The notes under the pieces were generated by a model. That model had not been told where the DNA came from, ran no database searches, and saw only the letters and a list, made by a program, of their open reading frames with translations. DNA of 64,000 bases from Alphaproteobacteria bacterium. GTDB taxonomy: Bacteria; Pseudomonadota; Alphaproteobacteria; UBA2966. The translations under genes were made by a program, and so were the position numbers. Positions 40,957 to 50,948 of the stretch are shown piece by piece; position 1 is the first letter of the stretch; each line of letters opens with the position of its first letter. The stretch is taken from assembly GCA_964291395.2 (NCBI GenBank), contig OZ219856.1, positions 2,432,001 through 2,496,000 of the forward strand, in the 5' to 3' direction.

Positions 40957-41406
40957 ATGCCTACTTTCGTTTACATGACGCGTTGCGACGGCTGCGGAGA
41001 GTGCGTGGACATCTGCCCCTCCGACATCATGCACATCGACAAGACCTATCGCCGCGCCTACAACATCGAGCCCAACATGTGCTGGGAGTGCTATTCCTGC
41101 GTGAAGATGTGCCCGCAGCACGCCATCGACGTCCGCGGCTACGCCGACTTCGCACCGCTCGGCCACAGCGTCCGCGTGCGCCGCGAGCCTGAGAAGGGCA
41201 CCATCTCCTGGAAGATCAAGTTCCGCGACGGCCGCGAGAAGGACTTCATCTCCCCCATCCGCACCACGCCCTGGGGCTCGATCGAAGAGCCCAAGGACTT
41301 CCCGGCGCCGACGGAGGAGGAATACACCTCGCAGGAGCTTTGGCACGAGCCCGCCGCCCTGAAGATCGACGCCCTGCCCACCCTGGCAGGCAAAGCGAAG
41401 GCCTGA
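40957..41406 (+). CDS. aprB: Adenylylsulfate reductase beta subunit (oxidative lineage I)
   Basis: MPTFVYMTRCDGCGECVDICPSDIMHID...NIEPNMCWECYSCVK.CPQ.AIDVRGYADFAPLG; start at 40957 with AGGAG RBS. Confidence 0.96.
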   Translation: MPTFVYMTRCDGCGECVDICPSDIMHIDKTYRRAYNIEPNMCWECYSCVKMCPQHAIDVRGYADFAPLGHSVRVRREPEKGTISWKIKFRDGREKDFISPIRTTPWGSIEEPKDFPAPTEEEYTSQELWHEPAALKIDALPTLAGKAKA

Positions 41407-41410
41407 AGAC

Positions 41411-43255
41411 ATGGGTTGGTTCAACACGAGAGAGACGATCACCGTCGACGCCGACGTCCTCGTCATCGGCGGCGGTTTCAGCGGCTGCGGCGCTACTTAC
41501 GAGGCCGGCCACTGGGGACGCGACATGAAGGTCGTCGTCGTCGAGAAGGCGAACATCGAGCGCAGCGGCGCGGTCGCCCAGGGCCTCTACGCCATCAACT
41601 GCTACATGGGCATGCACTGGGGCGAGAACCAGCCCGAGGATCACGTCCGCTACGCGCGCAACGACCTCATGGGACTGGTGCGCGAAGACCTCGGCTACGA
41701 CATCGCACGGCACGTCGACGCCACCGTGCACAAGTTCGACGAGTGGGGCCTGCCGATGATGCGAGACCCCGAGACCGGCCGCTACCAGCGCGAAGGCAAG
41801 TGGCAGATCATGATTCACGGCGAGAGCTACAAGCCGATCATCGCCGAGGCTGCCCAGAAGTCGGCGGACGAGACCTACAACCGGATCATGGTGACGCACC
41901 TGCTGACCGACAAGAAGAACCCCAACCGGGTCGCCGGGGCCGTGGGCTTCAGCGTCCGTAGCGGGGACTTCTACGTCTTCCGGGCCAAGGCGGTGGTCAT
42001 TACCGCGGGCGGCGCCTCCCACATCTTCCGGCCGCGCGCCGTCGGCGAGGGCATGGGACGCACTTGGTACGCCCCCTGGAGTAGCGCTTCGGCCTACGGC
42101 CTGCCGATCCCCATCGGTGCCAAGATGACGCAGATGGAGAACCGCATCGTGCTGGCCCGCTTCAAGGACGGTTACGGTCCGGTCGGCGCTTATTTCCTAC
42201 ACCTCAAGACCTATACCAAGAACGCCTACGACGAAGAGTACGAGTCGAAGTGGTACGACGAGATCAAGGGGATGGTCGGCGACTACATCGACAGGGAACC
42301 GGTGCCGACCTGCCTGCGCAACCACGCTATGCTGCGAGAGATGATGGCCGGCCGCGGCCCCATCTACATGGAGACACGCGAGGCCTTTCAGGACCCGCAC
42401 AAGGAACAGGTCGGCTGGGAAAACTTCCTCGGCATGACCATCGGCCAGGCGGTCGTCTGGGCTTCCCAGAACATCGACCCCAAGGAGCGCATGTCCGAGC
42501 TCACCACCTCCGAGCCCTACGTCATGGGCTCCCACGCCACGTGCTCCGGCGCCTGGACCAGCGGTCCCGACGACTACGCGCCATCGGACTACCGCTGGGG
42601 CTACAACCGCATGATGACGGTCGAGGGCCTGTTCGCCGCCGGCGACGCCTGCGGCGGCACCGCCCACAAGTTCTCGTCCGGCTCCTTCACCGAGGGCCGC
42701 GTCGCCGGCAAGGCGGCGGTCAACTACATCAGGGACCTCGGCGAGACGCCCCAGGTGGACAACGCCGAGGTCGAGAAGCTCAAGACCACGGTCTACCAGC
42801 CCATGGAGCTCTACCAAGTGGGCCGAAATGAGATCGTCGCCGGCACCGTCTCGCCGAGCTACATCTCGCCGTTGCAGGGCCTTCAGCGCCTCGAGAAGAT
42901 CATGGACGAGTACTGCGGCGGCATCGCCACCCAGTACATGACCAACGAGCCCATGCTCGACCGCGGGCTCGAGCTCCTGGGGATGCTGCATGAGGATCTC
43001 GATCGCATTGGCGCCGAAGACCTGCACCAGTTGCAGCGGACCTGGGAATTGCACCACCGCGTCTGGGCCTCCGAATCGGTGACCCACCACACGAAGTTCC
43101 GCGAGGAGACGCGCTGGCCCGGCTACTACTACCGCGGCGACCACCCCAAGCTCGACGACGGCGACTGGCACGTCTTCACGCTCGGCCGGTACAACCCCGA
43201 CTCGGGGGACTGGGAGATGGAGAAAGCGCCGGTGCATCACCTCATCGACGACTGA
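41411..43255 (+). CDS. aprA: Adenylylsulfate reductase alpha subunit
   Basis: EKANIERSGAVAQGLYAINCYMG, WQIMIHGESYKPI, RFKDGYGPVGA, FSSGSFTEGR, REETRWPGYYYRGD. Confidence 0.97.
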   Translation: MGWFNTRETITVDADVLVIGGGFSGCGATYEAGHWGRDMKVVVVEKANIERSGAVAQGLYAINCYMGMHWGENQPEDHVRYARNDLMGLVREDLGYDIARHVDATVHKFDEWGLPMMRDPETGRYQREGKWQIMIHGESYKPIIAEAAQKSADETYNRIMVTHLLTDKKNPNRVAGAVGFSVRSGDFYVFRAKAVVITAGGASHIFRPRAVGEGMGRTWYAPWSSASAYGLPIPIGAKMTQMENRIVLARFKDGYGPVGAYFLHLKTYTKNAYDEEYESKWYDEIKGMVGDYIDREPVPTCLRNHAMLREMMAGRGPIYMETREAFQDPHKEQVGWENFLGMTIGQAVVWASQNIDPKERMSELTTSEPYVMGSHATCSGAWTSGPDDYAPSDYRWGYNRMMTVEGLFAAGDACGGTAHKFSSGSFTEGRVAGKAAVNYIRDLGETPQVDNAEVEKLKTTVYQPMELYQVGRNEIVAGTVSPSYISPLQGLQRLEKIMDEYCGGIATQYMTNEPMLDRGLELLGMLHEDLDRIGAEDLHQLQRTWELHHRVWASESVTHHTKFREETRWPGYYYRGDHPKLDDGDWHVFTLGRYNPDSGDWEMEKAPVHHLIDD

Positions 43256-43618
43256 TCTGGACCGGCAGTCGAGAGATCAGCCGCTGGCGAGACCTGCCGG
43301 GGAACAGCCTCAACGGGCTCGGACGACGGTGCGCGATGAGGCCTTGAGCCCATCGTACGCGGCGCTGAATGGGCTGACGCGGGGCTAAGCCGTGGCCTGA
43401 TACGCGCCGCAGGCCGCGAATAGCGCTTCCAGAGCGAAACGGCAGTACGAACGGGGTCGAACCCCAAGTCCGACCCGGGCGCCGGGTCGATCGCGGTACA
43501 CCCCTGCTGTCGTGCGTTGCCGCCTTCGGGCACGACCGGTAAGCTTCTTGGGGTACCACCTTTTCCTGATCCGGTCTTCCAAGCAATGACAACGTGCACA
43601 GCGGAGGGACGACAGACG

Positions 43619-44608
43619 ATGAATTCACGACGCAGATTCTTAAGACACAGCCTGATCGCCTTGACGGCCTTGGCACTGGTGAGCGGAGCCTCGGCGGCCC
43701 GGGCGGAGGTCGATACGGTCCGCATCAACTCGGCCGCGTTTCCGATCTCCGCGCCGATCCACGTCGCCCTTCTGCTGAAGCTGTTCGACAAGGCGGGTTT
43801 GAACGTCAAGGTGCAGGACTTCCCGTCCGGCGCCGAGGCGATGGAAGGTTTTCGCGCGGGCCGTGCGGATTTCGTCGTCACCGCGTTCCTGCCGACGTCG
43901 ATTCTCGCTTCACGGGCAGACGTGAGGATCGTGTCCACCCTGGCGGGCGCGGAGAAGGCGCTGATCATCATGTCCGGACCGGACATCAACGGCCCCGCCG
44001 ATCTCAAAGGCAAGAAGATCGGTCTTCTGACCCGGTCCGATTCCGCTTTCCTGCTCGACAGGTATCTCCAGAGCGGCGGTTTGACCTTCGACGACGTCGA
44101 GCTTCTCAACCTGACCCCCAGCGACCAGATGGCAGCGCTGAAGAACGGCGACGTGGCGGCCGTGGCCGTGTGGCAGCCGTTCGGGCTTATGAGAGACCGC
44201 CTGTTCCCGGACCAGGAGATCAAGGTCCTGGCCGATCAGAGCACCGTGAACATGGGGCGGATCTGGTCCTCGTTCATCGCCGAGACGAAATTCATCGAGG
44301 AGAATCCGGAGACGACGCGCAAGGTCTTGGGCGTGCTGCAGGAAGCCAAGGAGTGGATCGACAATGCCTCCGAAGCGGAGCAGACGGAGCTTCTGGCGGG
44401 CTACTACCGCCTCAAGGAACCGCTGTTCAAGGCGTACTTTCCCATGTGGAAGCCGCGGCTCAATCTCACCGACGAGGTCGCGGGAGAGATGTCCACCATG
44501 ATGAACTGGGCGCTGAAGCAGGGGATCATCGAGAAATCCGTCGATTTCAAATCCATATTCGCAACGGATGTTCTCGGGTCGATCAATCCGGGCCTCCTGT
44601 CGGAATAG
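43619..44608 (+). CDS. ABC transporter substrate-binding protein, SsuA/TauA/NMT1 family, Tat signal
   Basis: MNSRRRFL twin-arginine leader; FPSG.EA.E.F.AG.AD, DLKGKKIG, GDV.A.AVWQP. Confidence 0.82.
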   Translation: MNSRRRFLRHSLIALTALALVSGASAARAEVDTVRINSAAFPISAPIHVALLLKLFDKAGLNVKVQDFPSGAEAMEGFRAGRADFVVTAFLPTSILASRADVRIVSTLAGAEKALIIMSGPDINGPADLKGKKIGLLTRSDSAFLLDRYLQSGGLTFDDVELLNLTPSDQMAALKNGDVAAVAVWQPFGLMRDRLFPDQEIKVLADQSTVNMGRIWSSFIAETKFIEENPETTRKVLGVLQEAKEWIDNASEAEQTELLAGYYRLKEPLFKAYFPMWKPRLNLTDEVAGEMSTMMNWALKQGIIEKSVDFKSIFATDVLGSINPGLLSE

Positions 44609-44745
44609 CGCTCCCGCGCGCAAGCCGGCCGCGGATGCCGTCGGAGAGCCGGCGCCCGCGGCGGGTACCACCTCGGGTCCATGCCCGCGCTGACAGATGA
44701 CCCGGGCCGTGGCCGGCGCCGGCGCACTGGCCGGGGGTCCGGGCT

Positions 44746-45501
44746 GTGTTGAGGCTGTCCGCCGCCAGCAAGCGGTTTCACGATGACGGGCCCTGGGTCC
44801 TGAAGGACATCGAACTCACTATCCCGGAAAGCAGCTTCTTCTGCCTGCTGGGGCCGAGCGGATGCGGCAAGTCGACCATCCTCAACATGATCGCGGGCTT
44901 CGAAGCCGCCAATTCCGGAACCATCGTGCACCGGAACCGGCCCATCGTCGCGCCGGGGCCGGACCGTTTCGTGATTTTCCAGGAGGCGGGCACGGCGCTC
45001 TTCTCGTGGCTCAACGTGCGTGAGAACATAGAGTTCGGTATGAGGGTGCAGGGGCGGCAGCGGGCGGAGCGCGATCCGGTCGTGGATCGTTACCTGTCCA
45101 TGGTGGGCCTCTCCGATCACGGCAGCAAGTTTCCCGACGAGCTTTCCGGCGGCATGAAACAGCGCCTGCAACTCGCGCGGGCGTTGGCCCTCGAACCCGA
45201 AATCCTGTTGATGGACGAACCGTTCGGCGCACTCGACGCGATCACGCGGCGGCGGCTTCAGCATGCCGTGCGGAGCATATGGCGGGAGACCGGGAGCACC
45301 GTCATCTTCGTCACCCATGACATTGAGGAGGCCATCTTTCTCGGCACACACATCGCGGTGATGACGGCGGGACCCGGAGCCACGATCAAGAGCCAGATGC
45401 CATGCGAGGTTTCCGAGCCGCGCGATCCTTCCAATCCCGAATTCGGGGGTTTCTACAAGTCGATCGAGGAACTCATACGCGAAGAAATAGGTGACGAATG
45501 A
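44746..45501 (+). CDS. ABC transporter ATP-binding protein, SsuB/TauB family
   Basis: GPSGCGKST, LFSWLNVRENI, LSGGMKQR, LLMDEPFGALDAITR, VTHDIEEA. Confidence 0.9.
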   Translation: MLRLSAASKRFHDDGPWVLKDIELTIPESSFFCLLGPSGCGKSTILNMIAGFEAANSGTIVHRNRPIVAPGPDRFVIFQEAGTALFSWLNVRENIEFGMRVQGRQRAERDPVVDRYLSMVGLSDHGSKFPDELSGGMKQRLQLARALALEPEILLMDEPFGALDAITRRRLQHAVRSIWRETGSTVIFVTHDIEEAIFLGTHIAVMTAGPGATIKSQMPCEVSEPRDPSNPEFGGFYKSIEELIREEIGDE

Positions 45502-46259
45502 GAGCCGCCGCCGTTCGCACGCTCTCCCTGCTGCTGTTGCTGGCGCTCTGGGAGTCGGCAGGTCGCTTGTGGCTCGATCCGCTGCTGCTGCCGCCGCCGA
45601 GCGGCGTCGCCGCACGCGCCTGGGACCTGTCGGCTACCGGGGAATTGTGGACCCATATCGCGGCGAGTCTGGGACGTGTGATCATCGGCTATGCCGCCGG
45701 CTCGGCCATCGGCATCGTTCTCGGGTGCTTCGTCGGCGCCGTGCCCGTCATGCGTGATTTCTTCTCCTTGCCGATTCGCTTCTTCCGCTCGGTGAACCCG
45801 CTGGCCCTGGTGCCGCTCATGATCCTGTGGTTCGGCGTCGGCGAGCTCTCCAAGGTCATTCTCATCGCCTACCTGGTGACGATCGTCGTCCTCTACAACA
45901 CGGCGCTCGGAATCGAGACCATCCCGGCGGACCGTATCCGCGCGGGAAGATGCTTCGGCCTCACGGGGATCGCCCTGTTCGTCCGCGTCATCGTGCCTGC
46001 CGCCGCTCCCGGCATCCTGACGGGACTGCGCCTCGGCGTAGGGTTCGCGGTCCTGGTGGTGATCGGCGCGGAAATGGTCGGCGCGTCGGAAGGCATCGGC
46101 TATTTCATACTGTTGGGCCGCCAGTACGTCGCGATCGACGACATCTTCGTAGGCCTCCTGAGCCTCGGCGTGATGGGAGTCCTGTTGAACCAGGTATTCC
46201 TGCTGATCAGGAACCGTCTGTTGCGGCGCTATGTCCGCACGATCCTCCACCGGGGTTAG
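45498..46259 (+). CDS. ABC transporter permease, SsuC/TauC family (1)
   Basis: LLPPPS.V, H...SL.RV, LWFGVGE.SK, AEMVGASEGIGY. Confidence 0.88.
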   Translation: MRAAAVRTLSLLLLLALWESAGRLWLDPLLLPPPSGVAARAWDLSATGELWTHIAASLGRVIIGYAAGSAIGIVLGCFVGAVPVMRDFFSLPIRFFRSVNPLALVPLMILWFGVGELSKVILIAYLVTIVVLYNTALGIETIPADRIRAGRCFGLTGIALFVRVIVPAAAPGILTGLRLGVGFAVLVVIGAEMVGASEGIGYFILLGRQYVAIDDIFVGLLSLGVMGVLLNQVFLLIRNRLLRRYVRTILHRG

Positions 46260-46264
46260 GCCAA

Positions 46265-47029
46265 ATGCCACCGCCGCGGATCTCCAAACGCGCCATGCGA
46301 CAGGTCCTGTCCATCGTCATTCTGATTGTTTCGTGGCAGCTCGTATCGTGGCTTGCGGACGACCGTGCGCTCGTGCCACCGGTGCAAGACCTGCTGGCCA
46401 AGCTGTTCGACATGACGGCGAGTTTCGAGTTGTTCGTCCACGGACTGGACAGCCTGCGCCGCGTCCTTGTCGCCTTCGCGCTCGGCGCGTCGGGCGGCGT
46501 GATCCTGGGCCTCGCGGCGGGTGCCATTCGCCCGCTTTGGACGTTCCTCGAAGTTCCCCTGGATTTCATACGGTCGATCCCCCCGATCGGGTTCGTGCCG
46601 CTGGCCATCGCGTGGTTCGGGATCGGCGAGTTTTCCAAATACCTCGTGATCGCCTACCTCACCGTGATCGTGGTCGCCTTCGGCACGGTCTCGGGGATTC
46701 GCCAGGTGGACCCGACACGGATCCGTGCCGCGCGGTGCATGGGTCTGTCCGGCTGGCGGCTTTTCCGGCACGTCGTCATCCCGTCGGCCAGCCGCGGCAT
46801 CATCGGTTCCCTACACCTGTCATTGGGGCTGTCGTTCATCTCGCTCGTAGCCGTGGAGATCGTCGGCTCCACCAGCGGCCTTGGTTTCATCATCATGGAC
46901 AGCCGGCTGCTGCTTCAGACCGACCGCATGATCGTCTCGATCATCACCATCGGCGTGCTGGGCATCCTCACCGTGCTGATCTTCGGCCTGTTGCTGCGCC
47001 TGCTGGGCCTCACCCGGTTCACGCGGTGA
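46265..47029 (+). CDS. ABC transporter permease, SsuC/TauC family (2)
   Basis: RSIPPIGFVPLAIAWFGIGEFSK, RAARCMG, VEIVGSTSGLGF; start re-called at 46265. Confidence 0.86.
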   Translation: MPPPRISKRAMRQVLSIVILIVSWQLVSWLADDRALVPPVQDLLAKLFDMTASFELFVHGLDSLRRVLVAFALGASGGVILGLAAGAIRPLWTFLEVPLDFIRSIPPIGFVPLAIAWFGIGEFSKYLVIAYLTVIVVAFGTVSGIRQVDPTRIRAARCMGLSGWRLFRHVVIPSASRGIIGSLHLSLGLSFISLVAVEIVGSTSGLGFIIMDSRLLLQTDRMIVSIITIGVLGILTVLIFGLLLRLLGLTRFTR

Positions 47030-47153
47030 CGCGCGACGGGTATTCCCACCGGCCGGCCCGCGTCCGACGGCGATGGAGCGGACGTGCCGATGCGGGTATA
47101 GTTTCGTCCTCATCCTTGTCGCATCCCGGGTTTCCGCCAACCGCAACGCACCG

Positions 47154-48581
47154 ATGAACTTCGAAGAGTATTCGTCCTACGACGGCCTCGGCCTTGCCGC
47201 CCTCGTGCGCGACGGCGAGGTCGCGCCAGGAGAGCCGCTCAAGGCCGCCATCGGGCGAATCGAGGAAATCGACCCAGGACTCAACGCCGTGATCCACAAG
47301 ACCTACGAGCGGGCGCGGACGGCCGTCGCGGACGGATTGCCCGATGGGCCCTTTCGGAGCGTGCCGTTCCTTCTCAAGGATCTCGCGGTTTTCTGCAAGG
47401 GGATGCCGACCGCCTTCGGCAGTCGTTTGTTCGTTGATTTCGTACCCGATCACGACAGCACCCTGGTGGAGCGCCAGCGGGCCGCGGGCCTGGTGATCCT
47501 GGGGAAGACCAACACGCCCGAATTCGGCATCTGTGCCGCCACCGAATCCCTGCTGTACGGCGACTGTCTCAATCCGTGGAATCGGTCCCGCTCGCCGGGA
47601 GGGTCGAGCGGCGGAGCCGCGGTGGCCGTCGCGACCGGCATGGTGCCTCTCGCCCACGCGACCGATGCCGGCGGCTCGATCCGCATTCCCGCTGCCAACT
47701 GCGGGCTCTTCGGTCTCAAGCCGACTCGGGGCCGCACGCCTCAGGGACCCGATCTCGGCGAAGGCCTGTGCGGCATGTCGACCGGTCATTGCGTGTCGCG
47801 CTCGGTGCGCGACAGCGCCGCGTTACTGGACGCCACGCACGGTCCGGCCCCCGGGGATCCCTACGCCGCGCCCGCCACAGGGAGCGCCTTTCTCGACGAG
47901 GTCGGCGCCGATCCGGGCACGCTGAAAATCGCCCTCACCACCGAGACTTACGATGGCCGGGCCATCCACCCGGAGTGCGCCGCTGCCGCCGAGGCGGCGG
48001 CCCGCCTGTGCGAGAACTTAGGTCACCGCGTGGAGGTCGCGCGGCCCGACATCGACGTGGCCGCGATGCGTGATGCCTGGCGAGTCATTGCCGCGGCCAA
48101 TCTCTGGGCGGTGATGACGGCGCGATGCCGAGCGCTCGGGCGCGCCCCCCGCCCCGACGATGTGGAACCGATCACCTGGCTTTGGGCGCAGGAAGGCCGG
48201 CGCCGGAGCAGCGCCGACCTGTACGCGGCCATCCAGGGCATGCACCGGGTCGGACGCGCGCTGGGCGAGTTCTTCGAGCGCTACGACGTTCTGTTGAGCA
48301 GCACCATGGCCAGCCCCCCGTTGCCGCTCGGCTTCATGGATACGACCGGCGACGACCTAGATGACTATATCGACCGCCAGCTCCTCGACGAGATCCCGTT
48401 CACGCCGCTCTTCAACGAGAGCGGCGGCGCGGCGATGTCGGTACCGCTGCACTGGACCGAGGACAGCTTGCCGGTGGGGGTTCACTTCGGCGCAGATCTC
48501 GGCGGCGAGGCGCTCCTACTGCGTCTTGCCGGCCAGCTCGAAGAGGCTCGTCCCTGGACACATCGACGACCTCCGACCTGA
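47154..48581 (+). CDS. Amidase signature (AS) family amidase
   Basis: VPFLLKDL, GKTNTPEFG, PGGSSGG, TDAGGSIRIPA (Ser-cisSer-Lys triad); start at MNFEEY. Confidence 0.92.
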   Translation: MNFEEYSSYDGLGLAALVRDGEVAPGEPLKAAIGRIEEIDPGLNAVIHKTYERARTAVADGLPDGPFRSVPFLLKDLAVFCKGMPTAFGSRLFVDFVPDHDSTLVERQRAAGLVILGKTNTPEFGICAATESLLYGDCLNPWNRSRSPGGSSGGAAVAVATGMVPLAHATDAGGSIRIPAANCGLFGLKPTRGRTPQGPDLGEGLCGMSTGHCVSRSVRDSAALLDATHGPAPGDPYAAPATGSAFLDEVGADPGTLKIALTTETYDGRAIHPECAAAAEAAARLCENLGHRVEVARPDIDVAAMRDAWRVIAAANLWAVMTARCRALGRAPRPDDVEPITWLWAQEGRRRSSADLYAAIQGMHRVGRALGEFFERYDVLLSSTMASPPLPLGFMDTTGDDLDDYIDRQLLDEIPFTPLFNESGGAAMSVPLHWTEDSLPVGVHFGADLGGEALLLRLAGQLEEARPWTHRRPPT

Positions 48582-48691
48582 ATACTAGGTGGCCGCCGGC
48601 ACACCGATCCACGCCATCCTCGACGACTGTGCCGCCCCCTGCTCCCCCATTGGGCATCTCCACGTCATGAGCTAAAATCTTCGTCGCTTCA

Positions 48692-48705
48692 TGCACTAGA
48701 GTGGA
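48692..48705. promoter_or_regulatory. Possible BzdR/BoxR-type TGCA-N6-TGCA operator
   Basis: TGCACTAGAGTGGA, one mismatch from the palindrome TGCACT-N2-AGTGCA, 35 nt upstream of the aromatic-type SBP. Confidence 0.35.
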
Positions 48706-48739
48706 GTGAGGCGCGTCAATACCAGGGGAGGACTCGGAG

Positions 48740-49909
48740 ATGTTCCGACAGTTCATGGGGGTCGCGGCCGCCGCAGCATTGCTGGCAAGCCCTGCCGCCG
48801 CCGAAAATGTGAAGATCGGCTTCGTCACCACGCTGACCACCGGCGCCGGCGTTATCGGTCGCGACATGCGCGATGCAGTCGACCTCGGCCTCGACCACAT
48901 CGGCCACAAGATGGCTGGCCTCGATGTCGAGGTGATCTACGAGGACGACGGTTTCAAGCCGGAGATCGGCAAGCAGAAGACCGAGAAACTGGTCCAGAAG
49001 GACAAGGTGAACTTCGTCGCGGGCTACATCTGGAGCCACGTGCTGCTCGCCTCCTATAAGACCGTAGTCAACGCCGACACGTTCCTGATCAGCTCCAACG
49101 CCGGCCCCTCGCAGCTCGCCGGCAAGCTCTGCAACGAGAACTTCTTCTCGACCTCGTGGCAGAACGACCAGACGCCGATGGCCATGGGCGAGGTACTGAA
49201 CCAGCGCGGCATCAAGTCGCTCTACGTCATGTCGCCCAACTACGCCGCCGGCAAGAACATGGTGGCCGGCGTCGAGCGCACCTACAAAGGCGAGATCGTC
49301 GCCAAGGACCTGACCAAGTTCCCGGATCAGCTCGATTTCTCGGCCGAACTGGCCAAGGTCCGAGCGGCCAAGCCGGACGCGCTCTTCGTCTTCTATCCCG
49401 GCAAGCACGGCACCCAGTTCTTCAAGCAGCATCAGCAATCGGGCCTCAAGGGGAACGTGCCGCTCTATTCGGTGTTCACAGTGGATTCGATGAACCTGCC
49501 GCTCCTGAAGGACCAAGCCGAGGGCAGCTTGATGACCCAGTTCTGGGCGCCGGACCTCGATACCGCGGCCAACAAGCGGTTTGTCTCGGGGTACCGCGAG
49601 AAGTACGGGCGCTATCCCTCCTTCTACGCAGCCCAGAGCTACGACACGGTGTTCCTGATCAAGAGTGCCGTCGAGGCCGTCAGCGGCGACCTCGGCAACC
49701 GTGACGGCATGCGCGCCGCCATGCGCAAGGCGAACTTCGAATCGGTGCGGGGCCCGTACAAGTACGGCAACAATCACTTCCCGATTCAGAACTTCTACCT
49801 GCGCCACGTGGTGAAGGACGCGGATGGGAACTTCACGACCAAGATCCTCTCGACGGTCCTCGAGGACCACCAGGACAGCTACGCCAAGGACTGCAAGATG
49901 TCCTGGTAG
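48740..49909 (+). CDS. Liv-type ABC substrate-binding protein, benzoate/aromatic-acid subgroup
   Basis: Signal peptide; ISSNAGPSQLAGKLC..NFFSTSWQNDQ, PNYAAGK, FESVRGP...NNHFPIQNFY. Confidence 0.85.
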   Translation: MFRQFMGVAAAAALLASPAAAENVKIGFVTTLTTGAGVIGRDMRDAVDLGLDHIGHKMAGLDVEVIYEDDGFKPEIGKQKTEKLVQKDKVNFVAGYIWSHVLLASYKTVVNADTFLISSNAGPSQLAGKLCNENFFSTSWQNDQTPMAMGEVLNQRGIKSLYVMSPNYAAGKNMVAGVERTYKGEIVAKDLTKFPDQLDFSAELAKVRAAKPDALFVFYPGKHGTQFFKQHQQSGLKGNVPLYSVFTVDSMNLPLLKDQAEGSLMTQFWAPDLDTAANKRFVSGYREKYGRYPSFYAAQSYDTVFLIKSAVEAVSGDLGNRDGMRAAMRKANFESVRGPYKYGNNHFPIQNFYLRHVVKDADGNFTTKILSTVLEDHQDSYAKDCKMSW

Positions 49910-50021
49910 GGGCATTCGCTCCGAGAACTGCGGGGGCGCCGCCGCGCGCCCCCATTCTCTTGACGGAGAGGCACGCGCGGGGCGAATGGCCGCATCCGGC
50001 GAGACCATGCCATAGTCCCCC

Positions 50022-50945
50022 ATGGACTGGATCCTCCTCCTCGAGCAGTGCCTGAACGGCCTGCAGCTCGGCATACTGCTGTTCCTGCTGGCGGCCGGGC
50101 TGACGTTGGTGTTCGGCATCATGGACCTCGTCAACCTGGCGCACGGCTCGCTCTACATGATGGGCGCTTATTTCGCGACCACCTTCGCCAGCTGGACCGG
50201 CTCGTTCCTGCTCGGCGCGCTGCTCGCGCTGCCGGCGGCGCTGTTGCTCGGCATCGTCGTCGAGGTCGTGGCGCTTCGCACGCTCTACTCCCGGGACCAC
50301 CTCGACCAGGTCCTCGCCACCTTCGGGCTCATCCTCTTCTTCAACGAGCTCGCACGCATCGTCTGGGGCCCGGCGGGTCTCGACCTGCCGCTCCCGGCCT
50401 TCCTCGAGACGAGCGTCGAGCTCCTGCCCGGCGTCCCCTACCCCACCTACCGCATCGCCATCATCGTCACCGGCCTCCTCGTCGCCGGCGGCATGTATGC
50501 GCTCGTGAACCACACGCGCATCGGCATGCTGATCCGTGCCGGTGCCTCGAACCGCGGGATGGTGAGCGCGCTCGGCGTCAACATTCGGCTCCTCTATACG
50601 CTCGTGTTCGGCCTGGGTACCGTGCTCGCGGCGCTCGCCGGCCTGATGGCGGCACCTATCCTCACCGTGCAGATCGGCATGGGCGAGACCATCCTGATCC
50701 TAGCCTTCGTGGTCATCGTCATCGGCGGCATCGGTTCGATCCGCGGCGCTTTCGTCGCCGCCATCCTGGTGGGCCTGATCGACACCGTCGGGCGGGCCTT
50801 CCTCGCCGACTTCCTGCGCCTCTTTCTCACGAACCAAGTGGCCGAGACGGCCGGGCCCGCCATGTCGTCGATGCTGATCTACATCCTCATGGCGGTCGTC
50901 CTGGCCACTCGGCCCCGGGGCCTGTTCCCGCCGCGGGGGCATTGA
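50022..50945 (+). CDS. livH: Liv-type ABC permease LivH
   Basis: AGLTLVFGIMDLVNLAHGSLYM, VVIVIGGIGSIRGA, RPRGLF. Confidence 0.88.
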   Translation: MDWILLLEQCLNGLQLGILLFLLAAGLTLVFGIMDLVNLAHGSLYMMGAYFATTFASWTGSFLLGALLALPAALLLGIVVEVVALRTLYSRDHLDQVLATFGLILFFNELARIVWGPAGLDLPLPAFLETSVELLPGVPYPTYRIAIIVTGLLVAGGMYALVNHTRIGMLIRAGASNRGMVSALGVNIRLLYTLVFGLGTVLAALAGLMAAPILTVQIGMGETILILAFVVIVIGGIGSIRGAFVAAILVGLIDTVGRAFLADFLRLFLTNQVAETAGPAMSSMLIYILMAVVLATRPRGLFPPRGH

Positions 50946-50948
50946 GTC

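Noticed and set aside
44661-44673. Reverse complement AGGTGGTACCCGC resembles the T-box antiterminator motif
   Set aside because: Wrong strand for the downstream genes, no specifier stem or terminator, and T-boxes are not expected in alphaproteobacteria
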